From contig CAVYAN010000072.1 in NCBI GenBank assembly GCA_963766075.1, forward strand, positions 96,001 to 160,000: 64,000 bases of DNA, written 5' to 3'. Position 1 is the stretch's first letter. Every line of letters begins with the position of its first letter. The notes under the pieces are model-generated. The model saw nothing but the letters and a program-made list of their open reading frames with translations. It did not search any database and was not told the DNA's origin. The translations under genes and the position numbers were made by a program. Below, piece after piece: positions 10,837 to 21,788 of the stretch. The stretch is from an uncultured cyanobacterium. Lineage in GTDB: Bacteria; Cyanobacteriota; Cyanobacteriia; Leptolyngbyales; Leptolyngbyaceae.

Positions 10837-12027
10837 TCACGTGTGTTGAATAGGAACCTGGAGCCAGGTCGATAGTTCATAGGCGAGCCAGTCTAATTCT
10901 TGCTCCGTCAAGGGAGGATTTTCGCCCAGCTCAAAGGCGTGATTGCCTGCCCACAGCGTCAAGAGCGGGGCCACTAGGGGCGCGCTTGCCTCCTCCTGGT
11001 GGCGATAATTGAGGTGCTGGGGAGCAGTCCGGGCTGCTGTCAGCGATTGCCCCAGCCCTAGCCTTGGGCCAAGAGAAATTGTTTGGGCATCAATATAAAG
11101 CCGCATTTGTCCCCATAGTGGCGGGATCAGTGGAGCGGGGATCAGAATTTCTAGGGATTCTGCGTCCTTAATCAGCACAACCTGCGTACTGGGGGGCTGA
11201 GCCACGGGTACGCCCTGGGTGAGTAACCGATGCTCCAATGTTTGTAGTGCGTCTTGGGCCGAGCGCGCCCGCAGATCCAAATTCATCTCTGTCAGCCATT
11301 GCAGCCAGGTGGCAAACTCTGGGCTGATGTTGGACATCTGGCTAAAGTCAATCCGCCCGCCCTGATGGGGAAAGTTGGATGGCTGGGTCGCCGTTAGCAA
11401 CGCCGTCAGGGTCATGCCCACACTGTATAGGTCCGAAGCCAGCACGGCTCGTCCCAAAAATTGCTCCGGCGGCATATAGCCATAGGTGCCCACCACAGTA
11501 AACTCGTCGGGATGGTGGTGTCCCTCCGTGCGGACAGAGCCAAAGTCCACCAGATGAATCCGTCGGTTGGCCACCAGAATATTTCCGGGTTTAATATCCC
11601 GATGCACCACAGGGGGCGACTGGCTATGGAGGTAAATCAGAATTTTGAGCAACCCGCGGGCGACCTGGATGGCGTTAGCCTCGGACAGGGGTATCCCCTG
11701 TTGCAACCGCTGACCGAGGGATTGCCCCGCCACATAGCTACGGACTAGGGCGATCGCCTTGGCCCCTGGGAGCGGCTGCTCAAAGAAATCCAGATAGCGG
11801 GGAATGGCTGGATGAGACAGCGATCGCAAAATCTCTACTTCCCGCTCAAACAGCTTCAGATCGTCCCAGTCTAGGTGTTCATCTAAACGCAATATCTTGA
11901 TGACCACGGGGGTTTGGGTTATCTGATCCAGGGCCAACAGAGTCCAGCGCCCAGATTGTTGCCCCCCAGATTGTTGCCCCAGATATTGCTGGACGATGTA
12001 GCGATCGCCCAAAATTTTTCCAACCAT
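10837..12027 (-). CDS. Serine/threonine protein kinase (Hanks type)
   Basis: VVIK, HRDIKPGN, DFG and GTYGYMPPEQ motifs. Confidence 0.92.
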   Translation of the reverse strand: MVGKILGDRYIVQQYLGQQSGGQQSGRWTLLALDQITQTPVVIKILRLDEHLDWDDLKLFEREVEILRSLSHPAIPRYLDFFEQPLPGAKAIALVRSYVAGQSLGQRLQQGIPLSEANAIQVARGLLKILIYLHSQSPPVVHRDIKPGNILVANRRIHLVDFGSVRTEGHHHPDEFTVVGTYGYMPPEQFLGRAVLASDLYSVGMTLTALLTATQPSNFPHQGGRIDFSQMSNISPEFATWLQWLTEMNLDLRARSAQDALQTLEHRLLTQGVPVAQPPSTQVVLIKDAESLEILIPAPLIPPLWGQMRLYIDAQTISLGPRLGLGQSLTAARTAPQHLNYRHQEEASAPLVAPLLTLWAGNHAFELGENPPLTEQELDWLAYELSTWLQVPIQHT

Positions 12028-12253
12028 GATTGCGGTGCACTCCTCATTTCCTGGGTCAGACCCGTTTTCCCCCGGACCGGAATAATTCGGGGTAGCCTGT
12101 CCAAGTTTCTGAACAGGCACAGGGTCAGACCCTGGCGTTCTCTAAATTTCTGACAGACCGACGAATTTCTAAACGTTGAAGCTGCACCGCTGACTCTATT
12201 CCTTAATAACTCATAACGCAAAACTTAACACCTGTTCCTTTATCTTTATATTT

Positions 12254-12982
12254 ATGACTGTTTCCAAATCCTCCCTGCGCGAGCAACAACACCCCGCGAT
12301 TCGTCACCTTGCCGATCGCATTGAGACGCAATGGCATCGCTATTTAGATCTGTCGCCCTATCCCTTCCCGGCTGAACTGGGCTATGTCGAAGGGCGGTTG
12401 GAAGGCGAAAAGCTGGTGATTGAAAATAGGTGCTACCAAACCCCCCAATTCCGCAAACTGCACCTGGAGTTGGCCCGAGTCGGCACAGCCTTGGATATCT
12501 TGCACTGCGTCATGTTTCCCCGTCCAGAATATGACCTGCCCATGTTTGGCACGGATCTGGTCGGGGGCCGGGGCCAAATTAGTGCGGCGATCGCTGACCT
12601 GTCCCCCACTAATCCAGATCGCCGCCTGCCTGTCTATTACCAGAGCGCCCTGAAAGCGTTGCCGCCGATCGCATTCGCCCAGCCTCGGGATCTGCCGGAG
12701 TGGGGAAATATTTTCTCGGAATTTTGCCTGTTTGTCCGGCCCAGTAGTGGAGCTGAGGAAACGGCCTTTGTGGATCGGGTGACGGCGCTACTGCAACTGC
12801 ACTGTCAGCAGGCGATTGCCACTCCTGCCACTCCGGAACGCCAAGCCGAACTTCTGCGCGGCCAGCGGCATTACTGCACGCAGCAGCAGCAAAACGACAA
12901 AACCCGTCGGGTTCTCGAAAAAGCCTTCGGCACCGATTGGGCAGATTATTATATGACCACTGTTTTGTTTGACAGTGTATAG
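12254..12982 (+). CDS. pcyA: Phycocyanobilin:ferredoxin oxidoreductase
   Basis: [27 protein letters not shown] and [16 protein letters not shown] motifs. Confidence 0.95.
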   Translation: MTVSKSSLREQQHPAIRHLADRIETQWHRYLDLSPYPFPAELGYVEGRLEGEKLVIENRCYQTPQFRKLHLELARVGTALDILHCVMFPRPEYDLPMFGTDLVGGRGQISAAIADLSPTNPDRRLPVYYQSALKALPPIAFAQPRDLPEWGNIFSEFCLFVRPSSGAEETAFVDRVTALLQLHCQQAIATPATPERQAELLRGQRHYCTQQQQNDKTRRVLEKAFGTDWADYYMTTVLFDSV

Positions 12983-13016
12983 ATTTAGGGCATAGAGTCT
13001 GCGTAGCCTGAGCGGG

Positions 13017-13634
13017 TTAGCGATCGCCAAAGCGTGCCCCCGTCCGCCCGGTGAACAACCACAGCATAGACCGTCCACAGTCCCGCAGCGTGCGGGCCCA
13101 GGATTCGGACCGGCCTGGACTGGAGGCCAGGGGCATAGGCGTAACAGCAATGCCCTGACTGCCAAATACCAGGGTGGCGATCGCCTGGGCACGGAGCATG
13201 TGGAAGTCGGATGTAATCAGGTAAACGTGTTGAATGTGGCGCTGTTTAAAATCAGGCACCAGGGTTGTAAAGTTGGTGACGGTGTCGGTGGCGCGTCGGT
13301 CTAGGTGCACCCGATCATCCGCAATGCCTACCTGCCGAAATATCCCCTGGGCATAGTCATGGGCGGTGCCTGAGGAGACCCAAATGTCCAGTTGGGGATA
13401 GCGCTGGGCAAACTGGGCGGCAAAAAATTCCCGGTCTGGGCCGCCACCGAGGACCAGAATGGTTTGGGGGAGAGGGGCTTGGTGGAGGGCGATCGCAATA
13501 CGGAGGGGAATGATGCTCCACATTACCAGCAGGGCTATTCCCAAGGCCCAAATTAATTGAGACCGTCTTAACTGAGACCGCTGGTGGAGCCATTTCTGCC
13601 ACCGCTGGAGTATGGCGTTGCGCTTGGTCATCAT
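13017..13634 (-). CDS. YdcF/DUF218 family protein
   Basis: N-terminal TM; LVLGG, ATDTVTNF and LITSDFHMLRA motifs. Confidence 0.88.
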   Translation of the reverse strand: MMTKRNAILQRWQKWLHQRSQLRRSQLIWALGIALLVMWSIIPLRIAIALHQAPLPQTILVLGGGPDREFFAAQFAQRYPQLDIWVSSGTAHDYAQGIFRQVGIADDRVHLDRRATDTVTNFTTLVPDFKQRHIQHVYLITSDFHMLRAQAIATLVFGSQGIAVTPMPLASSPGRSESWARTLRDCGRSMLWLFTGRTGARFGDR

Positions 13635-13780
13635 GGCTATCCGTTAACCCAGCAATGGCCCAGCAATGGCCCAAGAATAGCAAGAGTGCTCAATAAAAAA
13701 AGTGCTCAGATCACTTCTCTCAAAGTATGGCACATCCACAGGTTGCGGCGGAAACCTATGAGGGACGGGCAAAAAACCAA

Positions 13781-13947
13781 CAGTGGATTTCGGCTGCGCT
13801 CAATCCACAGGCCAATCGACGAGGAGACCAATCGATGAGGAGACCAATCGACGAGGGCTGAGCGCAGTGGATTTCGACTACGCTCAATCCACAGGCCAAT
13901 ACCCAATCTACGTGCCAATCGATGAGGGCTGAGCGTAGTCGAAGCCC
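13781..13947. repeat. Cluster of REP-like hairpins with a conserved 12-nt loop plus internal 16-bp repeats
   Basis: gtggatt-tcggctgcgctc-aatccac, gtggatt-tcgactacgctc-aatccac and gggct-gagcgtagtcga-agccc; ccaatcgaYgagg repeated. Confidence 0.9.
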
Positions 13948-13994
13948 GGTTGCAAGAACTCTATTAACCCGCAAGCTCAGTGCCATTGCTGGAT

Positions 13995-16621
13995 TTATGG
14001 CGTGGTCAATACTTCCGACGACAGGCGCTTGAATTCCAGGCGTTCGGTATCTCCCACGTCTACAAAAATGGTATCACCGTCAGCAAAGTCGCCCCGCAGA
14101 ATGGATTTGGCGATCGCCGTTTCCAACTCCCGCTGGATTGCCCGCTTCAGCGGACGGGCCCCGTAGACAGGATCGTAGCCCACATCGGCGAGAAAATCGA
14201 GGGAGGCATCGGAGAGCTTCAGGGACATCTTGCGATCGCTTAACCGACGGCTCAACCGAGCCACCTGCAGTTGCACGATCTTGCGCAATTCAGACTTTTG
14301 CAAGCTGTGGAAAATGATCGTGTCATCAATCCGGTTAAGGAATTCCGGACGGAAATTGCTACGCATCGCTTCCATCACCCGACTGCGCATCTCAGCATAG
14401 CGATTCTCATCTCCGGCCACATCGAGGATGTACTGTGAGCCAATATTACTGGTCATGATGATCACACAGTTTTTGAAGTCCACCGTGTGGCCCTGGGCAT
14501 CAGTGACCCGCCCATCATCCAGAATTTGCAGCATGATGTTGAACACATCGGGATGCGCTTTCTCAATTTCATCAAACAGGATGACGGCGTAGGGACGGCG
14601 GCGAATGGCTTCGGTAAGTTGTCCCCCTTCGTCATAACCCACATAACCAGGAGGCGCACCGATCAATCGAGCTACTGAGTGCTTTTCCATGTATTCCGAC
14701 ATGTCAATCCGCACCATGGCTTCGTCGGTATCGAACATATAGGTGGCCAGGGCTTTGGCCAGCTCCGTTTTGCCCACGCCCGTGGGTCCCAGAAAGATGA
14801 AGCTAGCAATAGGCCGATTGGGATCAGCGAGGCCCGCCCGCGATCGCTCGAATGGCATCTGCTACTGCCGTGACGGCTTCTTCCTGTCCCACCACCCGCT
14901 GGTGCAATTCTTCCTCTAGGTGCAACAGTTTTTCCATTTCTGAGGCCACCAATTTGCTAATCGGAATCCCCGTCCACTTGGAAATAATTTCGGCAACGTC
15001 AGACTCCGTGACTTCCTCTCGCAGCAGGGATTTGCCGCTGGTTTGAGTCTCGGCCAGTTTGGCTTCGGCTTCTTGCAGCTTGCGGTTGAGTTCGGTCATC
15101 TTGCCGTATTTCAACTCAGCGGCCCGATTCAGGTCATAATCCCGTTCTGCTTGGGCCACTTCAGTGTTGACACGATCAATTTCTTCCTTCAAGGTCTGGA
15201 TGTCATTAATGATGCCTTTTTCAGATTGCCATTGGGCATTAAACGTGGATTGCTCCTGTTTCAGATCAGCAAGCTCTCGTTCCAATTTTTCCAGGCGATC
15301 GCGGGAGGCGCGATCGCTTTCCTTCTGCAAAGACAGCCGCTCCATTTCCAATTGCAGAATTTTGCGATCGACCTCATCCAAATGTTCAGGTTTGGAGGTG
15401 ATTTCCATTTTCAATTTAGCGGCAGCTTCGTCCACCAAATCGATGGCTTTGTCGGGGAGAAAGCGATCGCGTAATGTAGCGCGTGGATAATGTAGCCGCA
15501 GCGACCAAGGCATTATCAGCAATCTTCACCCCATGATGCACTTCATAGCGCTCCTTCAGGCCCCGCAAAATTGAAATCGTATCTTCGACGCTAGGCTGAT
15601 CAACATACACCTGTTGGAAGCGCCGTTCCAACGCTGCATCCTTTTCCAAATATTTGCGATATTCATCCAGGGTTGTGGCACCCACACAGCGCAGTTCCCC
15701 TCGAGCCAACAGCGGCTTCAGCAGATTACCCGCATCCATGGCCCCTTGGCTGGCCCCGGCCCCCACCACAGTATGAATTTCGTCAATAAATAGAATAATG
15801 TGTCCCCGGGAATCCATGACTTCCTTCAGCACGGCCTTGAGGCGTTCTTCAAATTCCCCCCGATACTTGGCTCCGGCAATCAAGGCTCCCATATCTAAGG
15901 CGATCAGCTTCCGATCCTGCAAGGATTGGGGCACATCGCCATTGATGATGCGCTGGGCCAGTCCTTCGGCGATCGCAGTTTTACCTACACCAGGCTCCCC
16001 AATCAGCACGGGATTATTCTTCGTGCGGCGCGACAGGATTTGGATCGTGCGGCGAATTTCGTCATCTCGCCCAATCACCGGGTCCAATTTGCCCTGGCGG
16101 GCGGCTTCTGTCAGGTCGCGCCCATATTTTTCCAATGCCTCATATTTGCCTTCCGGGTTCTGGTCCGTCACTTTCTGGCTACCTCGAATTTGCGTGATTG
16201 CTTGTTTGAGTTTTTCGGGATCGAGTTTCAGTTCGGCAAATAGCCCTTTACCAAAGCGGGCATCCTCGCCGTAGGACAACAGCACATGCTCTACAGAAAT
16301 GAAATCATCGCCATACTGTTTTTTCACGGCATCGGCCCGGTCCAACAGTGTGTCCAAGCTGCGGCCCATGTAGACAGATCCCGCACTGTTCCCAGACACC
16401 TTCGGTTGGCGCTGAATAAAGCTGTCCGTATAGTCGCGCACGCGCTGCACACTCACGTCGAGCTTACTGAAAACGCTGTTGGTGATGCCTTCCTGCTCAA
16501 CCAACGCCTTCATTAGATGTTCCGTTTCAATCTGCTGTTGCTGGGCCTGCTTAACAATCTCCATGGTGCGGACGATCGCTTCCCAGGCTTTTTCAGTCAT
16601 TTGGGATTGGTTCGGTTGCAT
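13995..16621 (-). CDS. clpB: ATP-dependent chaperone ClpB (two apparent 1-bp frameshifts near 15470 and 14850)
   Basis: Two AAA+ modules ([16 protein letters not shown]), a coiled-coil M domain and [11 protein letters not shown], split over three ORFs. Confidence 0.95.
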
Positions 16622-16748
16622 GGTGCCATTCCCCCTAGCGTAATAGTTCTATTTAACGTCATTGTAGGGAATGCGACACCATTGCGGGGATCGGCGCTTA
16701 CGAATGGGTGAGGGGGGATTACCGGAGTTGGAGATGCCAAGCGATCGC

Positions 16749-17201
16749 TCAAGAGACCCGAGACACCAGAAAAGAGGCCACATAGCTGGGCGCACTGCTC
16801 GGCTGATGCGCCACCGGATAGGGCAGCAAATTCACCAACTTTACCCGGTGGCCCACCAGCGGCTTGCTGACAGCGGTGGACTGATTCGGCCCCTGGGTCA
16901 GTTCGAGGGTGCCTAGGGACTTACCATTCTGCATCACCTTCACGACCACCGTCGCCTGTCCAGCCCACAAACAAGCAGTGCCCTGGGGACAGCGCGAATC
17001 CTCTTTGACCTTGAGAAATTGTACGATTAGCCCCCGCTGCTTCACCACAGCTTTTTCACCCAGCTTGAGCTGAAAGGGCTGATCGGGATTCACCACGCGG
17101 ATACTGGTGTGGACCGGGGGCCGAAAAATGGGAGTAGCCATGACGGGCCCGCCCCCAAGGATCACGGTGAGGGCGATCGCCCACAGTAAGGAATAACGCA
17201 T
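16749..17201 (-). CDS. Hypothetical secreted protein with EDSRCPxxxxC motif
   Basis: Signal-like MRYSLLWAIALTVILG; VKEDSRCPQGTACLWAGQA. Confidence 0.7.
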   Translation of the reverse strand: MRYSLLWAIALTVILGGGPVMATPIFRPPVHTSIRVVNPDQPFQLKLGEKAVVKQRGLIVQFLKVKEDSRCPQGTACLWAGQATVVVKVMQNGKSLGTLELTQGPNQSTAVSKPLVGHRVKLVNLLPYPVAHQPSSAPSYVASFLVSRVS

Positions 17202-17221
17202 GGTAGAAAAGGGAAAAAGGA

Positions 17222-17531
17222 TTAGGTGCGCGCTGTAAAGGCCAGATCGCGCAATTTGGTTAGAAGTGGCTGCAACGGTGCTGGCGCGGTAATGTCGTTC
17301 AGAGATCGCGTGACTTGGCGATCGCCGTCCTGTATCGCCAATGTGTAGGAAATGATGTCGGGAATGGCGATCGGAGCGGGGAAATCCGCATCCGATCGCT
17401 CTCGAGATTCCCGACGTCGCCACTAGCAGAGAAAGTTCCTCGGCCAGATCTGGAGATAAATGAGCTGTATCTGCCTCATAGCTGAGTTGCAGATTGGCGT
17501 ACCCACCGGAACAGGTGAAATAGATGTGCAT
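17222..17531 (-). CDS. Emfourin-like (protealysin inhibitor) protein, frameshift near 17400
   Basis: N-terminal IYFTCSGGYANL. An alternate frame gives PDIISYTLAIQDGDRQVTRSLNDITAPAPLQPLL, stop at 17222-17224. It lies directly downstream of an M4 protease. Confidence 0.8.
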
Positions 17532-17600
17532 CTCTCGAGTTTAGATAGCGCCGCTACGCTAGAGGATTTTGGATTTTGCCGCTAGGTGAAAGGTGTCCAA

Positions 17601-18652
17601 TCAGGGGGCACTCGGCAATCCCACCGCTCGAAAAGCGGCTCTGATCTTTTGGGGAGAGCCTACGGGCACTTTGCCATCCCGAGTCAGGCTGCGAGCCGAG
17701 TCTACAATCACTTGCACCGCATCGTTGAATTTGGCTGTGGCCCATAGCTTTTGCAGAGCGGTGTACCATACCAGTCCAGCCTTATCGGTGCCAATTTCCA
17801 TTGCGCTAAGGTAAAATGCCTTGTTCAAGATGCCGCTGTTAATATGGACGCCCTGATTATCCTCTGGGCCTTTGAAGTAGTCCTTCATGTGGGCCGGTTG
17901 CGGATCTTTGCCCAGGAGTTTGTTGTCGTAGGCGGTGCCAGGTTCTTTCATGGAGCGCAGCGCCTCTCCGTACAGATCCGGTCCCATGATTTCATCGCCA
18001 ATCAGCCAGTCGGCATCGTGGGCGGTTTGGCCGGCGGCGTACTGGGTGATGACGGTACCAAATACATCGGACATGTGCTCGTTGAGGGCTCCGGATTGGC
18101 TCTTATATTCTAGTTTGGCGGTATATTGGGTGACGCCGTGGGTTAATTCGTGGGCGATGACGTCCAGCGATCGCGAAAAGCTGATAAAGATTTTGCCATC
18201 TCCATCGCCAAAGGTCATCTCGTCGCCATCCCAAAAGGCATTCAGATAATTGACCCCGTAGTGCACATTCAGAATCAGATCCAAGCCTAAATTGTCCACG
18301 GAGTTGCGATCCAGGACATTTTTAAATAGTCCCGCACCACACCAGCATAGTCGTAGACTTGGTTGACGGTATCGTCAGGCGTGGCGGGTTGCCCCTCGGT
18401 GCGGACGGAAAGGACGCGCTGTTTCCAGGTGCGCTGGGAGTCGAATACTTGGCGATTGGCGGTACCTACGGCGGCGGCGGTCCCGGCAAAGGTTTCAATG
18501 CCGACGACACTCTGGGCCCGTTGGATGCGAAATTGGCTGCTTTGTTGAAAGCTGACACGGGCGTTTTCAATGCCGTTGCGGGCCAAGTTTTCGGCAGCAT
18601 AGGGTGGAATGAACTGGCAGCAGCATTTTGTGCTGGGGCAAATATGAACCAT
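17601..18652 (-). CDS. Protealysin-like M4 metallopeptidase, frameshift near 18320
   Basis: Short propeptide with CQFIPPY; NAFW, HELTH, GALNEHMSD and GVHINSG motifs; no signal peptide. Confidence 0.9.
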
Positions 18653-18912
18653 ATAGCCTCGTTTTGGGGTGTATCCCGGTGGGGACTGACAAACTCCAGA
18701 GTCTCGGGGGCGTGCCCCTGATTTCACCGGGTTGAACGTTTCTATTATGGAAGGCATGAACGGATTTTCACGGAAGCCTTAATGATGCTTATCGCTATTC
18801 CGCAACTTCGGCCTGGTACGGCAATGTGCCAGAGTCGAGGCGGATCCCCAGAGGACGGTAGTTCAGAAGGGGTTCACAACCTAGAGCGTTTATTAAGCTG
18901 TGTGCGCAGAGA

Positions 18913-18941
18913 TTGAATTGATTGCATATCCCCCTTACACT
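18913..18941 (+). promoter_or_regulatory. Putative sigma70-type promoter
   Basis: TTGAAT (18913-18918), a 17-bp spacer, then TACACT (18936-18941); predicted TSS near 18948. Confidence 0.55.
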
Positions 18942-18947
18942 ACGGGT

Positions 18948-19240
18948 ATGGTTGTAAGACACGTCCAAATCCTAATTGTAGTTATCGTGTCGTTGACAAT
19001 ACCGAGCTACAGGCTTGCAAATACGGTTGATTAACAGTTGATTAACGCCTTTGCTGATCTTCTCAGGATCGTTTAAACGCAGTGGCGATTAAGCAAAGTT
19101 CTTTCCGAGCCCCATTGGGTCTGCATCTGCGGTTGTGTTGGTTTTGAGTGTGGCCGATTCGATTGGTCCGCACTACCAAGACTTATGCGTCCAGAATGCC
19201 TCGATTCAGCGGAGGTTCGCGATCGACTCGCGCATCCAGT
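18948..19240 (+). ncRNA. Candidate structured RNA / long 5' leader
   Basis: Four successive imperfect stems: 18952-18963/18986-18999, 19049-19059/19087-19098, 19140-19158/19162-19183 and 19185-19189/19231-19235. No convincing ORF. Confidence 0.5.
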
Positions 19241-19270
19241 TTGTTTTATTGTTTCAAGAGAGAACCCACC

Positions 19271-19495
19271 ATGATGTCTATCGAAGCATTGCCCCCCTCA
19301 AGCAAAGTTGGCTCCTATCGGGATCAACTGCTGCGCTGGTGTGTGCTCAGGGTTCTACCCAGTGGCGAAACCCAGGAAGTTATCCGTTTTCGTCGCCATA
19401 GCGATGCGGAAGCCCGCGTTCAGATTTTGCGCCGCACTCATCCGGAGTGGAATTACACTATGGGTTTTGATGCCCCATCGGCGGAGCAAGTCTAG
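19271..19495 (+). CDS. Small hypothetical protein (74 aa)
   Basis: Purine-rich gagagaa upstream. YRDQL..WCVLRVLP..RFRRHSDAEA..ILRR resembles a recurrent cyanobacterial hypothetical family (from recollection, not searched). Confidence 0.7.
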   Translation: MMSIEALPPSSKVGSYRDQLLRWCVLRVLPSGETQEVIRFRRHSDAEARVQILRRTHPEWNYTMGFDAPSAEQV

Positions 19496-19680
19496 CCCCC
19501 AACGGCAGGAGCGAACAGGCAGTAGGTTAATACTCTGCCGAGAGGGAATCGTCCACGCCCTCTCGGCAGAGCTATTGCCGTTGGCGAAATTCTCTCCATT
19601 GGCATCCATCTAGCGCGAAATCAACTAGTCTAGGAAGTGCAAAAGATGCGGTCAGCATCGCTGTGATGGGTTACGGGCAG

Positions 19681-19975
19681 TTAGTGTTGCCTGCTGTCTT
19701 GACAAAATTTTCGATCGGCGGGGTCAGCGTTGGGGTTGGTGAGCAGGTAGTCGTGCAGCCAACTACAACTGCGATTCACCAATGTTGCCAAACTCAAACT
19801 GTCCAATGTCCACAGCACGACATGGCGATCGTCACTAGCCGTGGCCAAGGTTTTGCCATCCGGGTTGAATTCAAGTCGTAGACGCTGGTGGTATATCCTG
19901 TCAGGGTGGCTTTGAGGGTGCCGTCTAGATTCCAGAGTTTGACGGTGCGATCGCCCCTAGCCGAGCTAAAACTTG
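19681..19975 (-). pseudogene. C-terminal remnant of a WD40-repeat protein
   Basis: GDRTVKLWNLDGTLKATLTG, then in another frame FNPDGKTLATASDDRHVVLW..RSCSWLHDYLLTNPN, stop 19681-19683. Confidence 0.8.
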
Positions 19976-20070
19976 ACCGCAAGTTCTCCAGATTGAGTCT
20001 ACTCATTCTCTAAAGGCATCCAATTCTTAACCCATGCCCGTGCCAGGAGCTTTACCCGTAGAGCCTCTGG

Positions 20071-20754
20071 CTAGGATTCTATCCATCGCCAGTTGGGCCG
20101 GTTCCAATCATAGATGGCCGGGATTTCGTATTCGCTGCCCGTGTCAAAGCGAACGATGCCGGTAATTTGGGGATTGGCGGGAAATGGTGGCACTGGCTCC
20201 GATGGAATTGGCGGGCCTGTTGTCGGTTTTAAGTCAGTCACTTGTTTCAGGCCAATCACCGTACAGGGGAACCATTCGCGCCTACAGGGTCCAGCCTCCT
20301 GCACCCATTCCCAGAGGGCGTTGGTAACTTCGATGCGATCGCCCACCTGTAACCGCATCTGCTCCCGATCTAGGGCATTCAGGTAAGGGGCCAGATGGAT
20401 TGGCTGCACGAGATCGAGCCAGGAAATGCCGTAGCGATCGCGAATCACCTGCACCGCGCCGGAATCGATCCCTTGCAGCCAATCGTTCAGCAGGGTGGTT
20501 TTCCAGGATTGATTTTCCTGGCTTTGGCGTTGGACAAAGTCGATAAAAATTTGCCGCTCTTGGGGATTCAGTTGATCTAAGGGATTGGTTTGGAGCTGGG
20601 CGAACTCTTGGGCAAAGGTTTGCAGCGTGTGGTGCAGCACCTCCAGTTGGCGATCGCTGAGGGGACATTCGGCTTCAGTACACGCATGCCGTGCAGCCTG
20701 CAATAGGTCCTCCAGATCCATATGTTCCAGATCCATGCGATTACCATCACCCAC
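20071..20754 (-). CDS. Conserved cyanobacterial hypothetical protein
   Basis: Intact 227-aa ORF; GDRIEVTNALWEWVQ and YDWNRPNWRW segments. Confidence 0.75.
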   Translation of the reverse strand: MGDGNRMDLEHMDLEDLLQAARHACTEAECPLSDRQLEVLHHTLQTFAQEFAQLQTNPLDQLNPQERQIFIDFVQRQSQENQSWKTTLLNDWLQGIDSGAVQVIRDRYGISWLDLVQPIHLAPYLNALDREQMRLQVGDRIEVTNALWEWVQEAGPCRREWFPCTVIGLKQVTDLKPTTGPPIPSEPVPPFPANPQITGIVRFDTGSEYEIPAIYDWNRPNWRWIES

Positions 20755-21147
20755 TGCCGCCTATTTTAAGCCAAACAGTGGGGAGTAGCGCATTCCCTAG
20801 AACCTGTTGCATTAGCTTGGCAGCCTGACTTGACAACTGGACTTGGCATCTAGACTCTGGGCCTACCATCATTGTCCCGAACATTGTCCCGAACTTGCCC
20901 TGGGAAAGGGGGGGGGATAGTCCGATCAATGGCCCAGAACTTAGGAAACCCCACGGCTCAGGCTAATGGGGCGGGTGGAGGAACAGCAACGGGCGATTTA
21001 GGACGCTCAGGGCACCTGCCCAACTTCCATCAGCACATTAAATGAAGCGCATTGATGGACGGTCGATAGGAAAGCCAAAATCACGGTAAGCTGATCGCAG
21101 GTGCTCCTACGCGCCGCTATTTCTTGCCCCCTTCGCCCCCCTTGGCT

Positions 21148-21579
21148 ATGAAGTTTCCTGCCGTTGCGATCGCCCTAGTCACTGCCTTTTTTTGGCTTTG
21201 CACCAGTTGGATGACCCCGCCCGCCTGGGCCCTGACTCAAATTCGTCTGTTTGACGTGGACTACCACATTTGTCCCGAAGAAATTGGCGCAGGTACAGTG
21301 GGCAGTGGTAGCTCCGCAGCCGCTAACTGCTTCATCATCACCGGCAAAGCGGAAAATAAATCGGGCAAACCCGTCACCAATGCTGATATTTTTGGCCGCA
21401 TCTACGACGCTAATGACGATTCCGTTATGCAGAACCGCACTCGCCTGGGTTCCGTTGACGAATTTCCCCCAGGCATCAGCGACTTTGAAATGCGAATTTC
21501 TGTACCTGCAAATCAGCCCACGCCGTTGAAGTTGACTCAGTTCAAAGCCGCTGGCTTTACGGGTGCAGTACGACGATAG
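21148..21579 (+). CDS. Hypothetical exported protein
   Basis: Signal peptide ending PAWA; NADIFGRIYDAN..MQNRTRLG segment. Confidence 0.75.
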   Translation: MKFPAVAIALVTAFFWLCTSWMTPPAWALTQIRLFDVDYHICPEEIGAGTVGSGSSAAANCFIITGKAENKSGKPVTNADIFGRIYDANDDSVMQNRTRLGSVDEFPPGISDFEMRISVPANQPTPLKLTQFKAAGFTGAVRR

Positions 21580-21730
21580 ACGTTGTGGGGAAGCCAAATG
21601 TTTTTGACCCACACTATAAAGCATTGAGAGAAAACCGTCAGCAAAGTGTCTCAGAAACCGCATTTATCGTAGCAGAGGCTTTCTCTGGTGGAGCTTGTGG
21701 TTGTTGCTCAGGTAGAACATGCAGCCCAGC

Positions 21731-21770
21731 AAAGTATCCCCGGAATTTCTAGAAATTCCGGGGATACTTT
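21731..21770. terminator. Perfect 40-bp palindrome between convergent genes
   Basis: aaagtatccccggaatttctagaaattccggggatacttt equals its own reverse complement. Confidence 0.75.
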
Positions 21771-21788
21771 TGATTTTAATCGCTAAAA

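Noticed and set aside
13781..13947. Possible CRISPR mini-array
   Set aside because: The units are inverted or nested, the spacers are themselves repetitive, and there are no cas genes; it is better explained as REP-like hairpins.
16749..17531. 260-aa ORF as a single fusion protein
   Set aside because: It is an artefact of the frameshift joining the emfourin N-terminus to the downstream secreted-protein gene.
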